From: Vicugna vicugna
Taxonomy: Eukaryota
Reading direction: 5' to 3'
Assembly: GCA_013265495.1 (NCBI GenBank)
Contig: MU057744.1
Coordinates: 558,001 to 622,000, forward strand
DNA length: 64,000 bases
Positions 24,195-38,243 of this stretch are shown here, one piece after another. The notes under the pieces are model-generated. The model searched no databases and was not told where the DNA came from. It was given only the letters and a program-made list of their open reading frames with translations. A program made the translations under genes and the position numbers. How positions within the stretch are numbered: the stretch's first letter is position 1; every line of letters starts with the position of its first letter.

Positions 24195-27100
24195 CTGAAA
24201 AAATAAAAACTCTCTTTAGATTTAAAGAGAACTGTCAACTTAACATTTTTCATTTAAGCAAGATATTCCTCTTAAGATAGAAGTGTGTTGGCTTATCACT
24301 CTGGTCGGACCATATTCACAACACTGAGCTGCTATTTCTCAGTTCAGGCAATCCTGCTATAAAAATGCACGAACACCAGTGGCCCCACGTAAATGTCAGC
24401 TGCAATTAGCACCAGTACCACCGCTGGCACCGCTTCTGCTCCTACTGTGGGTTCAGGAGGGTCAAGTTCTGACGGAGTGCTGATCACGTTAACACAGTAC
24501 GTTCCACTTTACCAAGAGCTTTCTCACAACAGCTCTGAGAGGTTTTACCCTTCATTTCTAGAATATGAAGACCAGAAGTGGTTATATGACTAACTTGCTA
24601 AACCACACAGAAAACATGTCAGTTGTGCGTCTGAAACTCAAACCCAGACCTCTTGACTGCCTGGACCAGTGAGACCTGGTAGAATGCCAAGGAATTCCTG
24701 AAAATGAAGGCGGATATAAATACATTATTTATATTCTCCAATCCCACCTCCCCAGCGGGCAGCAGCCGGCCTCTAGAGCAAGGCCGTGGGGCGTAAACTT
24801 CCTTGTCTTTCCTCTCTCTGTCCAAACAGACACTGTGTCTCCACACCCAATCTTCTTCATTTACTCTTGTGCATCGCTGAATCAGAAAACGTAAAACCTA
24901 GACGATAACTGTGAAACACTTTAGTCTAACTACCTCGGATTTAAGAAGAGAACACCCAGTCTACAAAAGTAAGCAAAAACTCCCTCGTCAAGACCTCACA
25001 ACTGCCACGGGGCCGAGCCAGGCCAAGAGCACAGGGTTCCCAACTTCCGGGTCTTTGTCATCCCTGCTACAACCACCTGCCTCTTTTCTAAATCATCCCC
25101 GGGGTAACTTCCCAACTCTCCTGATTGTCACCTCAATGACTCACTCCTCACCCATCCCAGCCTGATCCACTGACTCCTTACAAATAGTCGATGGCAATCT
25201 ATTTCATTTCTTTAAAAAATCCTTTAACTTGGCCTGTTGGGAAATGCTTGCTAACACTTTTTGTCTTTCTCTTGCTGCTGGACTTTTTAATAATCATTTA
25301 TTCTCACTGCCTCCAATGATCTGCCACACATGCTGCCTAAAGTCCCCAGAAATCTGGTTCCTGCCTTCTTCACTCTACTGAAATTTCATCCGCCACTAAG
25401 AATTTCCAAGTTGGTGGCCCTTCACCTGTCCGCACTTTCCTGGAACTTTGTACATCATGCGGCCCTCACTCCTCCGCCTGGGCAGTTCTCTCCCCTCTGC
25501 CCACCCCTGGCTTTCACTTTGCTGAGCTTCCTGGTTCTTCTTCATCTCTTCAACCACCCACTTTTTTGGGGGTGGGGGGTGGAAATTCTTTCTACACCTC
25601 TCTCAATAGCTCCTTTTTCCGGTTTCACACCCTGAAAACGGCTGTCTCCTGCGATGCAAACCTCAGCTCTCTCTGCTCCTTCCGCTGCATGTGTTTATCC
25701 TGGAGTGCTTACCTACCCCCGTGGCTCCCCTGTTCATCAGTGCTAACAATGTCTGATCTCACTCTCGTCCGTCCCCTCAGCTCCCGCCTGGCACATCGCA
25801 GTGGCCTGGCGGTCACCGCCCCTGAACGCCCACGGAAACCTCAAGTGCAGAATGTTCCGTTCACGCTCACTCCTCCTCTCTGTGATGACGTGATCATTCT
25901 CCTAGTCTCCCAGCTCAAAATGTCCCCTATCTGACTTCTCTTGTGGCTCCTATCTGAACAGAATCTGGCCCTACTAACCCTACTAACCTTCACAGTCTTC
26001 CTCCTTTCTGTACACGCCCACTTTACAGGCTCTCGAAGCTCAGGTCTTTACGCTGTACTAGTGGAGAGATGAACCTGGCCCACGCCTAATTTTCTACTGA
26101 TTTCTTAATCTTCCTTAAATACTCTGAGATATCTGAAAGGCAACGACTAAGTTCATTTCTTTACATACTTCCCTCGATACCTAACATAAAGTTATCCTTA
26201 ATAAATAGCTGTTAATTCAAAAAATAGGCTCTCTGAATGCAGAAGGGTGAAGAAATACACCTTTCACGAAAAGGAATTGATACCTGGATTTTTCTAGCAT
26301 TTTAATTAATAATATGGAAGTGAAAAATATACTGAAAGCTCCAAGTTGATAAGTGCCACTTTTCTGACATGGAAAGAGTGAATAAGAACTTCACACTGTC
26401 ATATGAATTCATTAAAACTGGCCAACAAGTTTCAAAGTGGACAGACAAGGAGAAAGAAACTGAGTGATACATAAAACACTCGGTGAGCAAGGGGTCTGCG
26501 AGGTCACTGTACTGTATCCCTGAAGACAGCACTCTAATTTCCCACAGGGGCCAAGAAGGGTATGACGTATTTTTGTTTTGTTACTTCAGAATTCATTCAT
26601 TCCACAAGCGCTGACTGCAGGCCTCTGTGTTCCAGGTACTGGGACTACTGTGTGGTCAACAGAAAACCTCACTCATGCCCTCAGGAAGTCTGCAGGGGAA
26701 ATGAGCCATCAACTCATGAATGACGTAAAACTAACAAAACGTGCACGTGCAGAGGGAGACAGCGTGTGCTCTGGGGAAAGGGCGCGGAAGTCAGGTTTAC
26801 GCTCGGCATAACGCAGGAGCAGGAGCTGGCCAGGTCAGAAAGACCGTCACCTGTCCTGCCTGTCCTGCGCTGGGAAGCAGGCTCCCTTGTTTAGGGAAGA
26901 GAAGTAAGGCGGGGGCTGCGTGGCTGCAGGTGGGGCTGAAGTGCAGCCGATCACACAAGCCTTCTCACAGAAGTTGTAGGTTTTTAATTTTACCCCAAGA
27001 ACAGTGAGAAGGCACCAGCGCAACGGGAACAAAGGGATGTCAAATGAAGGCAACGCTACTGATCCCACGGGGCCTCTGGACTCCTCCGAGCGGATAAAGA

Positions 27101-27704
27101 CCTAACGTCTGCCTCGGGCAACGAAAATAAGCCGACTTGAAAACGGCCGAATTCACCAACCCCGCTGGAAAAAGGGAATCTGCGAAGGCAGAGAGAACCA
27201 TTCCACTAGAAGCCAGGCCACAGCACAGGCTCTGCAAAGCGCCTGGTGAAGGTAGGGCCACTTTTTGACATTATATTTGTGATATATTTTCAATATACTA
27301 AGTCTAGTACATAAAACAGATCTTCAACAAATACACTTATTAAAACAACACATACTTGTACTTGTTATTTAAGGAACATGGAACAAGTTAAAATTTCACT
27401 ATTGTTGATGTTCAAGAGACTATCAAATTATTATTTTAGCCCAACAGAAAGAAACATCTCAGAAATTCAGTAGCTGTTCTTTTTTCACTGAGTTAGGAAT
27501 GGTGACAACATAAAGGTCAAGCTACAAGAGGCAGGCGCTGAAAACCTCCGATACTATTCGTTGAAAGAGGGGATCCTGGAGAGAAGGGAACACAGAAAAT
27601 AACTTCATGGAAAGTCCCACAGAAGTCTGAGTGCACAGCACTGAGCTATTAAACATAAATGATTGCAGGAAATAACTCCAAAAGTAAAGTCACATGAAAA
27701 GTAC

Positions 27705-27842
27705 CTGCAAAACCTGACAGGTCAGCAGAAAGTGATGAACCACTCGCGCTTTCAGCAACTGCTTAATGTTAAACACCTGCTGCTGGTGGTCTGCTCGGAT
27801 GAGGACTTCCAGGGCTGCCAGCAGGCCTTCCCAGACACCTTC
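27705..27842 (-). CDS. LYST: LYST exon 20 (138 nt)
   Basis: cctcag|GAA...[28 protein letters not shown]...LLTCQVLQ. Confidence 0.94.
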
Positions 27843-30189
27843 CTGAGGAGATGAACACAGGCCCGTCAGCACACGGTCACCGAAAACCACGCTGCATGCT
27901 TGTTAGAAAGCATGCAATACAGCAGTTTAACACTGCGTGTACACGCAGGGCCAAAGATTAAATCTGTCTGAAAAAGCAAATCTTAAAAGTTATTCCCAGA
28001 CTATTATTATTATTATTTTTGACAACTGGTCATTTCTAAATACTTATGTTGAATGCAGTATTGCATTAGGTGCTTCATTTAGTACATTAACCTTTCTGCG
28101 GCATTAAATGATACACAATATTTTCAAAAGATAAATTATCTGGGGGATTTATTCACTATAGAGAAACACATTATCAATATTAACTGTTTACAAATAATTT
28201 ATTTTCAAGAGCATTATTAAAAATGTAAAGACTTCAATGCTACTTTGTGTATACAGCACTTAATCAAAAAATTTTAGACCAAACTATACTCATTGAAAAA
28301 AGCTACCAACAATGTAGAAACTCTCCACTTTTGGATTAATTTACGTTTAAGTCCAAATAACAGAATTCTCTGCACAATTACTAAATGTGCACTTTCAAAC
28401 AGTAGTTACTATTCTTTTAAGGTTCTTTAAAATGCTTCTCCTATGTTGAATCAATTTTAAATAATAATAGAGAAAAAGGAATCTTATCTAGATAAGTACT
28501 ACGGGAAGATAATCTTCACTTCATTTTATCACCGCAAATAATCTTTCAACAACGCTGTTAACAAAAAGCAAAACTAACTGGCTCGGGTTGCAGGCCTTGC
28601 TGTTTCTCCTGCCCTTGTCTGATGGAAATGTGTAATGAAAGGTCAAGGAGTTCACAGACTCAATCATGCTGTTCTAACCAAGGCCTCTCTTTTCATAAGA
28701 CAGGGCCAAAGTGCCCCAAAAGAGAGACATATGAAAACTGGGAGACAGGGCAGCCCAAGTATGAAAACTTTATTTATGCCTGAAGAATAGGAGCAAAAAA
28801 GAATAGAGCCGAAGCAAACAAATCACCCAAAACAAGAAACAAAACAACTCAGGCAAAAAAAATCATTAGGGAAGAAAATCTAATTTCAAGCCCACAGAAG
28901 TATTTGTGCATATCGCTTTCAAATTCAACAAAAAATGTTCTGTTTTTAAATCAAACCACCTCAAATTAGCTCTTTGGAAATACTAAGTTAAACAGCTGTC
29001 CAACTTTTAGTTAAGATTTGATCTTCCAATCTGTAATTTTATATTTTTACACACATTTATAGTTACACTGCCTTTGATCCAATTTGTTTGCATATAGTGT
29101 CTATGTTCATTTGCTTTCTCATCCTGCAGCCCTATGCATATTTTCATACATACACATATATGGATTTTTTTAAATTGTGAAAGTATTTATTCAGAATGAG
29201 AAAAGAAATCATAGCAAAATAGAAAGTTTTAAAAACTGACAAATACCACAAAATGCAGCAAAAGCAATAGTGAGCTGCTTGACACAGCTCTGTGAAGCTT
29301 CCTGTGTTTCTGGCAGCATGTTCTCTGACTGCTTCTTCATACAGCAGAAATTTTCTAAAATAACTTCATATAGGGAGAATAGAAAAATAGTTGTCTTTCC
29401 TCTAGCACGTTCAAAATTTATTTTCATTAATCATAGATTAGAAAAGTGTCTTTCAGCTTCATAACTGACCATTGATAATGAGTAAATCAGGGGGAACCGC
29501 TGCCAAATCTGAAATAACCAACTTTAAAAAAATCCTAAAGGCATACATACCCTTGGGATTGGTCCTCAGTTAGCTGTGCTTATGATGGCGCTGTCCCCTC
29601 TAAGCAGCTCTAGGACCTCCTCCAGCCTGGAGCTCAGGAGGCTCTAGGAACCAAACTCCGAAGACCGTGCTCAGCACAGGGCGGAGAGGCAGCAGCCCTG
29701 TGTCCATTCCCTGCTGCGACCCCGGGAGCCCCCGACCCATGCAGCTGTGGAGCTGCCTTGCCTGCACCTAAGACCAAGGAGGCGCCTTAGCTTGTGCCTG
29801 CGATGAAGCCAGGACTTCACAGCCTTGCCCTGAGTACTGGCCCCTCTATGACTTCCTGGCAACATGGCGCCCCTCCTCAGAAGTGTGCCCATTTCCCTCT
29901 GGTTGGTCCGACTCTTCACACTCCCGGCAGGATCCCGTCTCAGAGCTCATGGTAAAGGCAAGTCCCCTTCGAATGAGCCCCAGGTTCTCCAGCCGAAGAT
30001 CAGCTCTAGCTCTTCCCGGCAGCCCAGTTCTGGTGCTGACCCTCCAGCCCAGCGTTACCCATGGCTGTTCAAACCCTTGCACAGAAAATAATCTCCAGAT
30101 TCCATTTACATCTAACATTACACTGAAGTAGTTAATTTGTTCTGTTCTCCAGAAGAATGATAAGTGAATATTTAAAAGTACATGCCTCT

Positions 30190-31162
30190 CTGTACAGCAA
30201 AGGAAGCAATCAACAGAGTGAAAAGGTAACCTACAGAACAGGAGAAAATATCTGCAAACCATGTATCAGATAAGGGATCAGTATCTAGAATATATAAAGA
30301 GCTCCTGCAACTCACTAACAAAAACTCAAATAGCACAATTGAAAAAGGTCAAAGGACTTGAATAGATATCCCTCCACAGAAGACACAGAAAAGATCACTA
30401 AGTAGATGGAAAGACACTCATCCCTAATCAACAGGGAAATGCAAATCAAAACCACAAGCTCTTGCCTCAAACCCTACAGAATAGCCTCTATGAAAAAATA
30501 ACAATTATTGTCAACAAAGTAGAGAAATTGAAACCCTTGCACAGTGTTGATGGGACTGTAAAATGGTGCCACTCTTATGGAAAACAGTATGGACTTTCCT
30601 CAAAAACTTAAAAATAGAACTACTACCTGATTTAGCAATCGTGCTTCTGGGTATACATCTAAAATAACTGAAAATAGGATCTCGAAGAGGCCTCTGCATA
30701 TCCACGTTCACTGCAGCATATTCACAACAGCCAAGATGCGGAAGTGACCTAAGTGCATCCACGGAGGAGGAGATAAAAAGACGACTGTTGTCCACGCATC
30801 CAGTGGGGCGCTACTCAGTCTTAAAAAAGACAGACGTCACCTGGCACGCTACAACACAGATGGACCTGGGGGACACGAGGCTAAGCCAACAAGCTCGTCA
30901 CAGAAAGACAACGGAACCATCCTGCTCAAGTGGTCAGTATCTGGTGTGATCAAACTCACAGAAACAGAAAGCAGGATGGGGGGGCCAGGGCCTAGGGGCA
31001 GTGGACATGGGAGCTGCTGTTCAACAGGCAGCATTTCAGCCAAGCAAGATGAAAAGGTTCCGCGGAGCTCCTGCACAACGAAGTGTGCACAGCTGGCACT
31101 GCACCGTATGCTCACCGACTGCTAAAGGGGTAAACCCATGACAAGCGCTTTTCACTGTTAAA
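30190..31162 (+). mobile_element. 5'-truncated L1 (L1MA/MB-like) abutting the exon 19 donor
   Basis: ORF2 3' motifs (CAACAGAGTGAAAAGG..ACCTACAGAA, GGAAATGCAAATCAAAACCAC) and 3'UTR; 16-bp TSD at 30174-30189 and 31163-31178. Confidence 0.85.
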
Positions 31163-31174
31163 AAAAGCACGTGC

Positions 31175-31324
31175 CTCTGCCTTATTCCATATCTTCCAGT
31201 CAAGCAGGAGCTCCTCCAGCACTTTAGTGTCTTGGATGATAGCATTAGACTCTGCATCCAACTTAAATTCTCCATTCTCGTTGATGTGAATGATGTCTTC
31301 ACCACAGCAACCTTCAAGAAGGGT
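31175..31324 (-). CDS. LYST: LYST exon 19 (150 nt), GC donor
   Basis: ccatag|ACC...[59 protein letters not shown]. The GC donor keeps frame with exon 20; the nearby GT does not. Confidence 0.92.
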
Positions 31325-32237
31325 CTATGGGAAAAAGGCATTAACACAAGATGTGTGAATAATCAGCCCAAAAATTCAACAGAAATATTCAGCTTTCAAT
31401 CGTCACAGTCACAGCATAAAATTCAAAGGAAAACTAGTGAATAACAACATCTCACAAAGTAGCTTTAATTTGTTTTGCAACACAATTCAAATAATTAGAA
31501 AACCCTGAAATTTCAAATATTTATAAATGATTATTTAATTTCAAATATGGGGTAAAATAAACCACATCCTATTTTTATTTTTTAAATTTTTTCAAAAAGT
31601 ATTCATGCCATAAATATAAGTATCTTGATAGCCTGAAGGGCAGGGGTGCAGGAGCACGAGTGGAGGCGAGGTCTTCGCCTTCGTCCTCGTACCTTCAGAG
31701 ACAGACACTTCCACACCGTTACCAAACGCGTTAAGTCAGAAAGGTACTTAAACATGTGATGACTGCTGGGTCGTAATAAAAGCCAGCACAATATGGCTTT
31801 AGGAACCTAGCTCTGTAGCAGCACTGCCTAACGGGACTGGGACAGCACCAGGTGTCTGGGGAACTGCGTTCTCTTCCACGACTGCGGGAGCTGAAGCCAA
31901 CAGCAGTGTCTCCGTGGGTCTCAATTTCACTGACCTACAGAACGAGGGGCCAGCTGAGGAGACACCGCTGGCTCTTCAAGATCTAAAATCTCTAAGTTCC
32001 ATTTCTTCTTTTAGTCTTCTAAAATGTTTTAAAGGAAATTGAAATGTAATTGTTTAAATGATGAAAAAGACCCAGAAGAGCCTTCATTTGATTAAATACA
32101 TACTACCGGGTTTCCTTCATTTTCTTCAGGAATAACTGAAACACAAAACTCTACTGGAGACTTCACTGAAGCGGTAAGTACCACTGTGTATGAAACTATT
32201 TTCGTATACAGTGAAAATCAACTTTATGAGAACACAC

Positions 32238-32411
32238 CTTTAACATGTGAAAGCCAACAATACACTTCTGTTTGACCAGCACCTGGTGAATCATGGAAAG
32301 CCCATCACAATTCTCTAATTCACGTATTCTCTGTTGGTTGCACTTGATCAATGAGAGGATAACTCTCAGTGCTAATGCTTGAGTTTCTTCACAGCTACTG
32401 AGTTCCACAAC
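32238..32411 (-). CDS. LYST: LYST exon 18 (174 nt)
   Basis: ttttag|GTT...[28 protein letters not shown]...IVGFHMLK. Confidence 0.95.
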
Positions 32412-34448
32412 CTAAAAAAAAGTAGATATATTTTTTTCTAATTTGTTGTGATAAAAAATTTAACTTGTGTGGTTATCTATCATTATGTAATATCAATCCA
32501 TCAGTTTCATTTGAATGCTTGTCTTTTATTGCTGACACTGTTCATTATTATTTAAGAACCGTAAAGAAACAAAACTAAGAACATAAATTCCATGTTCTTT
32601 TGTCGCTTATTCAATAAATTGACTCTAATAACACTGATAACCTTAGAAGTCAGTAGCATTTTATTAGTGATCTGAAATGTCAGCAAAATGCCTCAAATTT
32701 TTGATGATTAGTCAGTCAGTCAACAAACAGGCTCTGTGTTATGCGCTGTGGGAGATGAAGTAGCAGGCATGTACCTGCCTCCAATGCAGCCTGCTGTCTG
32801 CTCAAAAGAGAAGATGTCTGTATAAAAGCTATGGACTGTACCTTGTACTTCAAGTCCCGCAGTGCTTTCTGGAAACTACTACATGTAAGAAATACACACC
32901 TTCTTCTCATGCAAAAAGCCAAAGGAGAGTGAGACAACATGAATGCCAGGAGAGCACACAAATGCGTCTGACTCCACTCCGCTTGAGCTGGGGAGCCTGC
33001 ATGGAGCAGATGGCCTGGAACGAGGGCGCCAGCCTAGGAGGTGGGGGTGAATGGGGCCGGGGGTGAGGCACGGCCAGGAGAGAGGGGAACAGCTAAACCC
33101 GGAAGCTCATGGTCCATCCAGGGGGCTGCAGCCGCCACTCTGGCTGGATGGTGGAGATGAGGCTCGGAAGGCAGCCTATGTGTGTAAGGATTTTAAGGGA
33201 CCAAATTTTATTTTTGTAGGAGAGGAAAGATACTGAACAAAGCTTTTAAGTATAAAGATATCCTTTAAAAGTCTTATTTATAAGATTCTATGTGTATGCA
33301 AGATAAAAAATTAACCATTTTCTCTCACATGTAGTCACTGTGTAACAGTGATCATAACACATTTATATTCAATAACTTGATGAAAGAGGAAAAACCAAGG
33401 ATATACATTTTAAAATTATACGCTATAAAAGTAAATCACAAAATGCTGACGAGAAGTTAAATGAAAAGCTTTTAATTTTAAGACACTAGGGTAAAATCTA
33501 TTCAACTAGATACTAGATGCAAAAAAAAAGTTTAAAAAAGTAAGAGGACGAAAAGAAAGACAGCGTAGAGCATGGTGGGTCAAATGCTCACAAAATGTTT
33601 ACAAGAACAGTACCACCAATAACGACCGCTGACATCTCTCGTTGCAAAATTAATCAAGTGTGGTCCCATTAAAGGAAGAAAGCCAGTCAGGGAGACAGCA
33701 TGATAATGTCGCAGAAGCTACACTTAAGGATAAAGTTCTGAGGCTGAAAGAAGATCAGGAATGCTTTAATTAAACAAGGACACAGAGCACAAGGAAGCAG
33801 AAACGATTTGTACTGAAGTGGGCCCATCTGCACCCCTGCTTGGATTGTAGCAATCCCTGAGCTACTGCCTGCCTGCTCTCCATCAGGAAGGACACTGCCC
33901 CTGCCCTCAGACGACCAAATAGAACTGATAATTAAACAAGTGTTTCTAAAACAGTACCCATGACAAGAGTCAAACTTTTTATTTCTCCTTCTCTTTTAAA
34001 AAGAACATGTCAAATCCGAATAAATTATTTTTGTACTTATTTGTTGCCCTTTGTCTTTGTTTCATGCTTCTGCAAACTTCAAGGGAAAAACAAGTTCCAC
34101 AAACCTTATTTCAAAGAATACGTTTCTCCTATATTTTTACTACAGTATGCATTTTTTTTCTCCATTGGCAATTTTAAGTCTTGTACATTTAACACTTAAT
34201 TGTTCTAACTATACATCTGGATAATAGAAAACTTTCAAAATCTTCATAAGTTAAAAAGAAATTTTAATCAAAAAATTATCTGTGGCAGAAAGCTTGATGA
34301 CATCCTAACCATAAACACTATGTACTTTTTTAAACTTTAAGGTTTAGTACAGTTGATGTACAGCTTTGTTACCAAAAAGAAGTATTAAAATTTATCACAA
34401 TAAAGAAGCAGCTTCTCTCTAGATGAAACTATCACCAGTGATCCTTAC

Positions 34449-34694
34449 CCTCGCAAAGAGAAAAACAAATATGCCAGTTCCACCGATCTCGTGCAGAATG
34501 CCCTGAACGGTCTTACACTCAGTGGGCCGGAGCGTCTTCAGATGGTGGGGTTCTAATAAGATGCTGTGAACTTCTTTCGAGCTGAAGGGTCTTTGAGAGA
34601 GCTGGGTTTTCATTTGACCTTTAAGTCTAATGACTGGCTCATAGATGGTGTACTGAGCAGGACAGTAAGTTGTATACACAACTGAAAGGCTTTC
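34449..34694 (-). CDS. LYST: LYST exon 17 (246 nt)
   Basis: tttcag|GAA...[33 protein letters not shown]...GIFVFLFAR. Confidence 0.95.
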
Positions 34695-35889
34695 CTGAAA
34701 CACAAATATTTTCCTTCAGTAACTAAACAAAGTTTAAAAAGCAAGCAGTCTACAAGGAGATGAATATTTCAAAGTGAAAAGACAACCAACAAATCTTTCC
34801 TTCTGTTTTAAAAAACACAGACACAAAAACACACTAAACAGAGACGTCTCCCCACAAAGGGAAAGATCAGTTCCATGTAGCAATGATCAATACGTGTAAG
34901 TGACAGCACGGCTGAGAACGTTCCAGCTTTGATCATTTTAGAATGAACATAAAATTACACCTACAATAAACTAATAACAACAGCTAAGTCACATACCACA
35001 CTCACTGTGTACCGGGCACTGTGCTCTGCGTTTATAAATAACAACCAATCTTGACAGCCCTGTGAGATGGGAATTCTGGGTCAAAGCATTCAAATGTATT
35101 TCGTCCGGAATTTGCTCCTGGGCTGGCTACTGATTTAAACATGACTCTAGATCATTCTACCAGAATTAAATTCCAAACTATTAGCATACCCAACTAAAAC
35201 TGAATAGAATTTTCAATATTGCTCCCACACAGGGGGTAGTTTTGATCAGAGTCTGGCTGTCAAGTATTCTATTAACTGCTTTAAGAACTATGGTCAACTT
35301 TAAATGCAAAATGGACTCTGAGGTGTTCTCAGCGGAGGCAGCTGCAGGAGCTGCGGCTTAGGGAAACCACGCCCTGTGCACTCAGGTCTCGCACAGAAGC
35401 CAGTGGGGGCCCTGGGCTTTGATCATTGTCGGCCCACGGTGATTTAAGCACAGTTTCATCGGGCGTCACTGAGCATCTCTGCACACCGACTGCTGGCTAC
35501 ACAGCCGACTGCGTGTGACAACGCTGCGTGAAACGAGCCCGCACACCTGCGACAGTCTCCACCAGAAGTCAGGTAAAACTCCTGATGACCAGAAGCAAGC
35601 AGCACCTGACCTAGCGCCGTGCCAGGTGGGCACCGTCTCTGCCTGGCAGCCCACTCATGCCTCACCCCAAATTAGGAAGTCAGCCTTAAAAAAACCTGCT
35701 TTCTAAGAAGAGTTTTCACATATAACCTGTATAATGTTCATTTGTGACCGCTGAATTTCATAACTCATAACCTATATTCTTTTCAGGCAAAATAAAAGGA
35801 TTAAGAATTTTTTTGTGTGAAAACAAATGGATTAACTAAAAACTAGAGAGTTAAAATCATTATCTCTACAAACACTTAGATGCCTGACG

Positions 35890-36030
35890 TATGGTTCCCA
35901 AACAGGAGCAGCAGCACCTGGAAATACGTTAAAAAACGCAAATTCCTGGTCAGACCTACTGAACCGGGAACTCTGGCCCAGCAGTCTGTGTGTGGCTCTG
36001 ACGTCACTCAGGTTTGAGAACCATGTCACT
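35890..36030. mobile_element. MER5A-like DNA transposon relic
   Basis: TGGTTCCCAAAC...CAGACCTACTGAA...GCCCAGCAGTCTGTG...GTTTGAGAACCA termini. Confidence 0.6.
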
Positions 36031-37123
36031 AAAGCATGTTCTGCCCACGGCGGGACATTTCGGGGGGCTGACTCTTGGCTGTGCACCATCGCCCAGGCAC
36101 CGGAGAACACTCAGAACCCTGGCCCGGACTCAGCAGGAGTGGACAGCCAAAATGCCCCCACCCCCAACTTTAAGTGCTCTCTAGGGAGAAGAAGATTGTG
36201 TGCCTGGAATCAGATCTTTAGTTAAATTCCAGAGGTATCTGTTCTATGTCTATTTTACCACAGGTATGTATTTAATACCACTTAAGACTTACACGTTTTA
36301 CAAAATAACTGATCTAAAACGTCTCCTTTACTTTAGTCAAATGTTACAGCTTTAAAACATAATTTATTTTGGTTGTGAAATATACACCTCATTAACAACA
36401 ACAACAACAACAAAATATACCCCCAAATAGCAGTGTCCTTCAAGTAAGAAATCTCTCGGACCTATAACTGCAGGTCCTCATCAGAAAGCAGGAGCCGGAG
36501 GAACATAGCTTCACGGCCAGATCCACCAGCTTTCAGTGGATGTTCTAAGACGGTGAAGGGCAGTTTCCTAGTTGCTATAATGGAAAGTATCCATCACAAG
36601 CCCCTAATCTGAATATTAGTATAAAAAAATATTAGAACAATGCATAAATGCGATCTGACAGTCTTACATAAGCAACGCTAGCAGTAATTTGAAAGCAAAA
36701 TTCCTAGTTGTAACCGATATTAGAGAATAGTCTAAAACCTGAATATATGCAATTAAAATTAATATAAATAAAAAATTAGTATTTATTTATAAGTATGGAA
36801 AGGAAACATACTGAGCATTTTTTATGCTAACATGTGTTATGTTTTCATTATACTATAAACATTTTTCTTGAATGATTAATAGGTTTAACCTAAACTAAAC
36901 TGATACTTAGTATAGAAATATAGTTTCAAGAAAAAGGAGATAAAAATTTGAAACCTGGAAACAAATTCTGAGGTCAAAGTATTTCAATTTAAAAAAATAT
37001 CTCTAAGGAAAGAAAATGCTGAGAAACAAAAAAAAGTTTAGAAAGCGAATTCACTGTTAATGACATATTCAATAAACATAAATAAGTTACTAAAAATTTA
37101 AAACTTATAAAATGAAAACTTAC

Positions 37124-37314
37124 AATTAAAAGACCAATGTCCACATCTTTGTTGGTCATAAAAAGTTCTCTGATTTCTTCACATCGCAAAATTTCCTTAT
37201 TAATGTACTTGGAATAGTCATTCACAGGTTTGCCATATTTACAAGGCATTATAGACGTATGGTTGGGTCCACAAGCATATAAATAAAATGCCTCTTGTGA
37301 ACCAAGCTTAGCTC
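37124..37314 (-). CDS. LYST: LYST exon 16 (191 nt)
   Basis: gttcag|GA...ATT|GTAAGT; (G)[29 protein letters not shown]...DIGLLI. Confidence 0.95.
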
Positions 37315-38082
37315 CTGAACAGCAGAAAAAGAAAGTTACTTATTTAAAACACGGCAACCAAAATTCTTCATAAAAAGCAAGAAACAAAGACTTGTGTGTT
37401 TTTTTTGCTAGATTCCTTTAGTCGTTCACTGTATCTTCAAAACTGCTAAAGCCTCAATTTCCAAATTAGTGTAATAAGCAAATAACCTATGGCAACTACA
37501 GACATAAGATGAATTGAAAAACAGATGCTAGAAAGCAGATTTTTTGTTTGGTTTTGCCTTTTTTCCGCCAGTAATTGGGAACTATACCTCAGTAAATTTG
37601 TTTTCAAAATGAAATGTGGATTGGTTTCTTTATTCTTTCCATCCATCCATCCATTCAATAAACACTGTCTGAATGCTACTATGGGCCAGGTTTAGAGACA
37701 TATTTTTAAAAATTATGTATTTCTTTTTCTCCTAAAATTTGGCATTTTAAAGCAATATACTAAAATTATAAATAGAAGAGACAACCAGTCTAAGCTCACC
37801 TGTCATGGGTTATAAAACTGGTTACCACAGGCGTCTCCTCTGGGGGTGGGGGAGGGGTGAGATGTGCGTCTCTACTTTAAATGTGTGTGTCAACTATAAG
37901 CAACATCTAGATTATAAAAATGTTAAGCTATTCAAAAAGTACACCTGGAATTTAGGAAATACAGTGCTTATTAAGTCCACGTGCAGGAACAGGGATTACT
38001 GTTTTGTCCAGGATAATTTACTTGGTTTAATACTTGTTAACTGAAAGAAAAATTTGGAATGCTTTGAAGGCAAAAAATATAC

Positions 38083-38243
38083 CACTGAAGAGGAGTAAAT
38101 TTCCTAGGTCCCATTTTCCAGCCAACTGTAAACACTCTTCTTGGGATGGCGAACAATGGCCGATCATGCAAAACGTTTTATTGCTGTCAGATGACAAACT
38201 CGTTTTTCTTGGAAGCATAAAATCCAAAGTAACATCAGGCTTC
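38083..38243 (-). CDS. LYST: LYST exon 15 (161 nt)
   Basis: atgtag|G...[37 protein letters not shown]...[10 protein letters not shown]. Confidence 0.95.
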
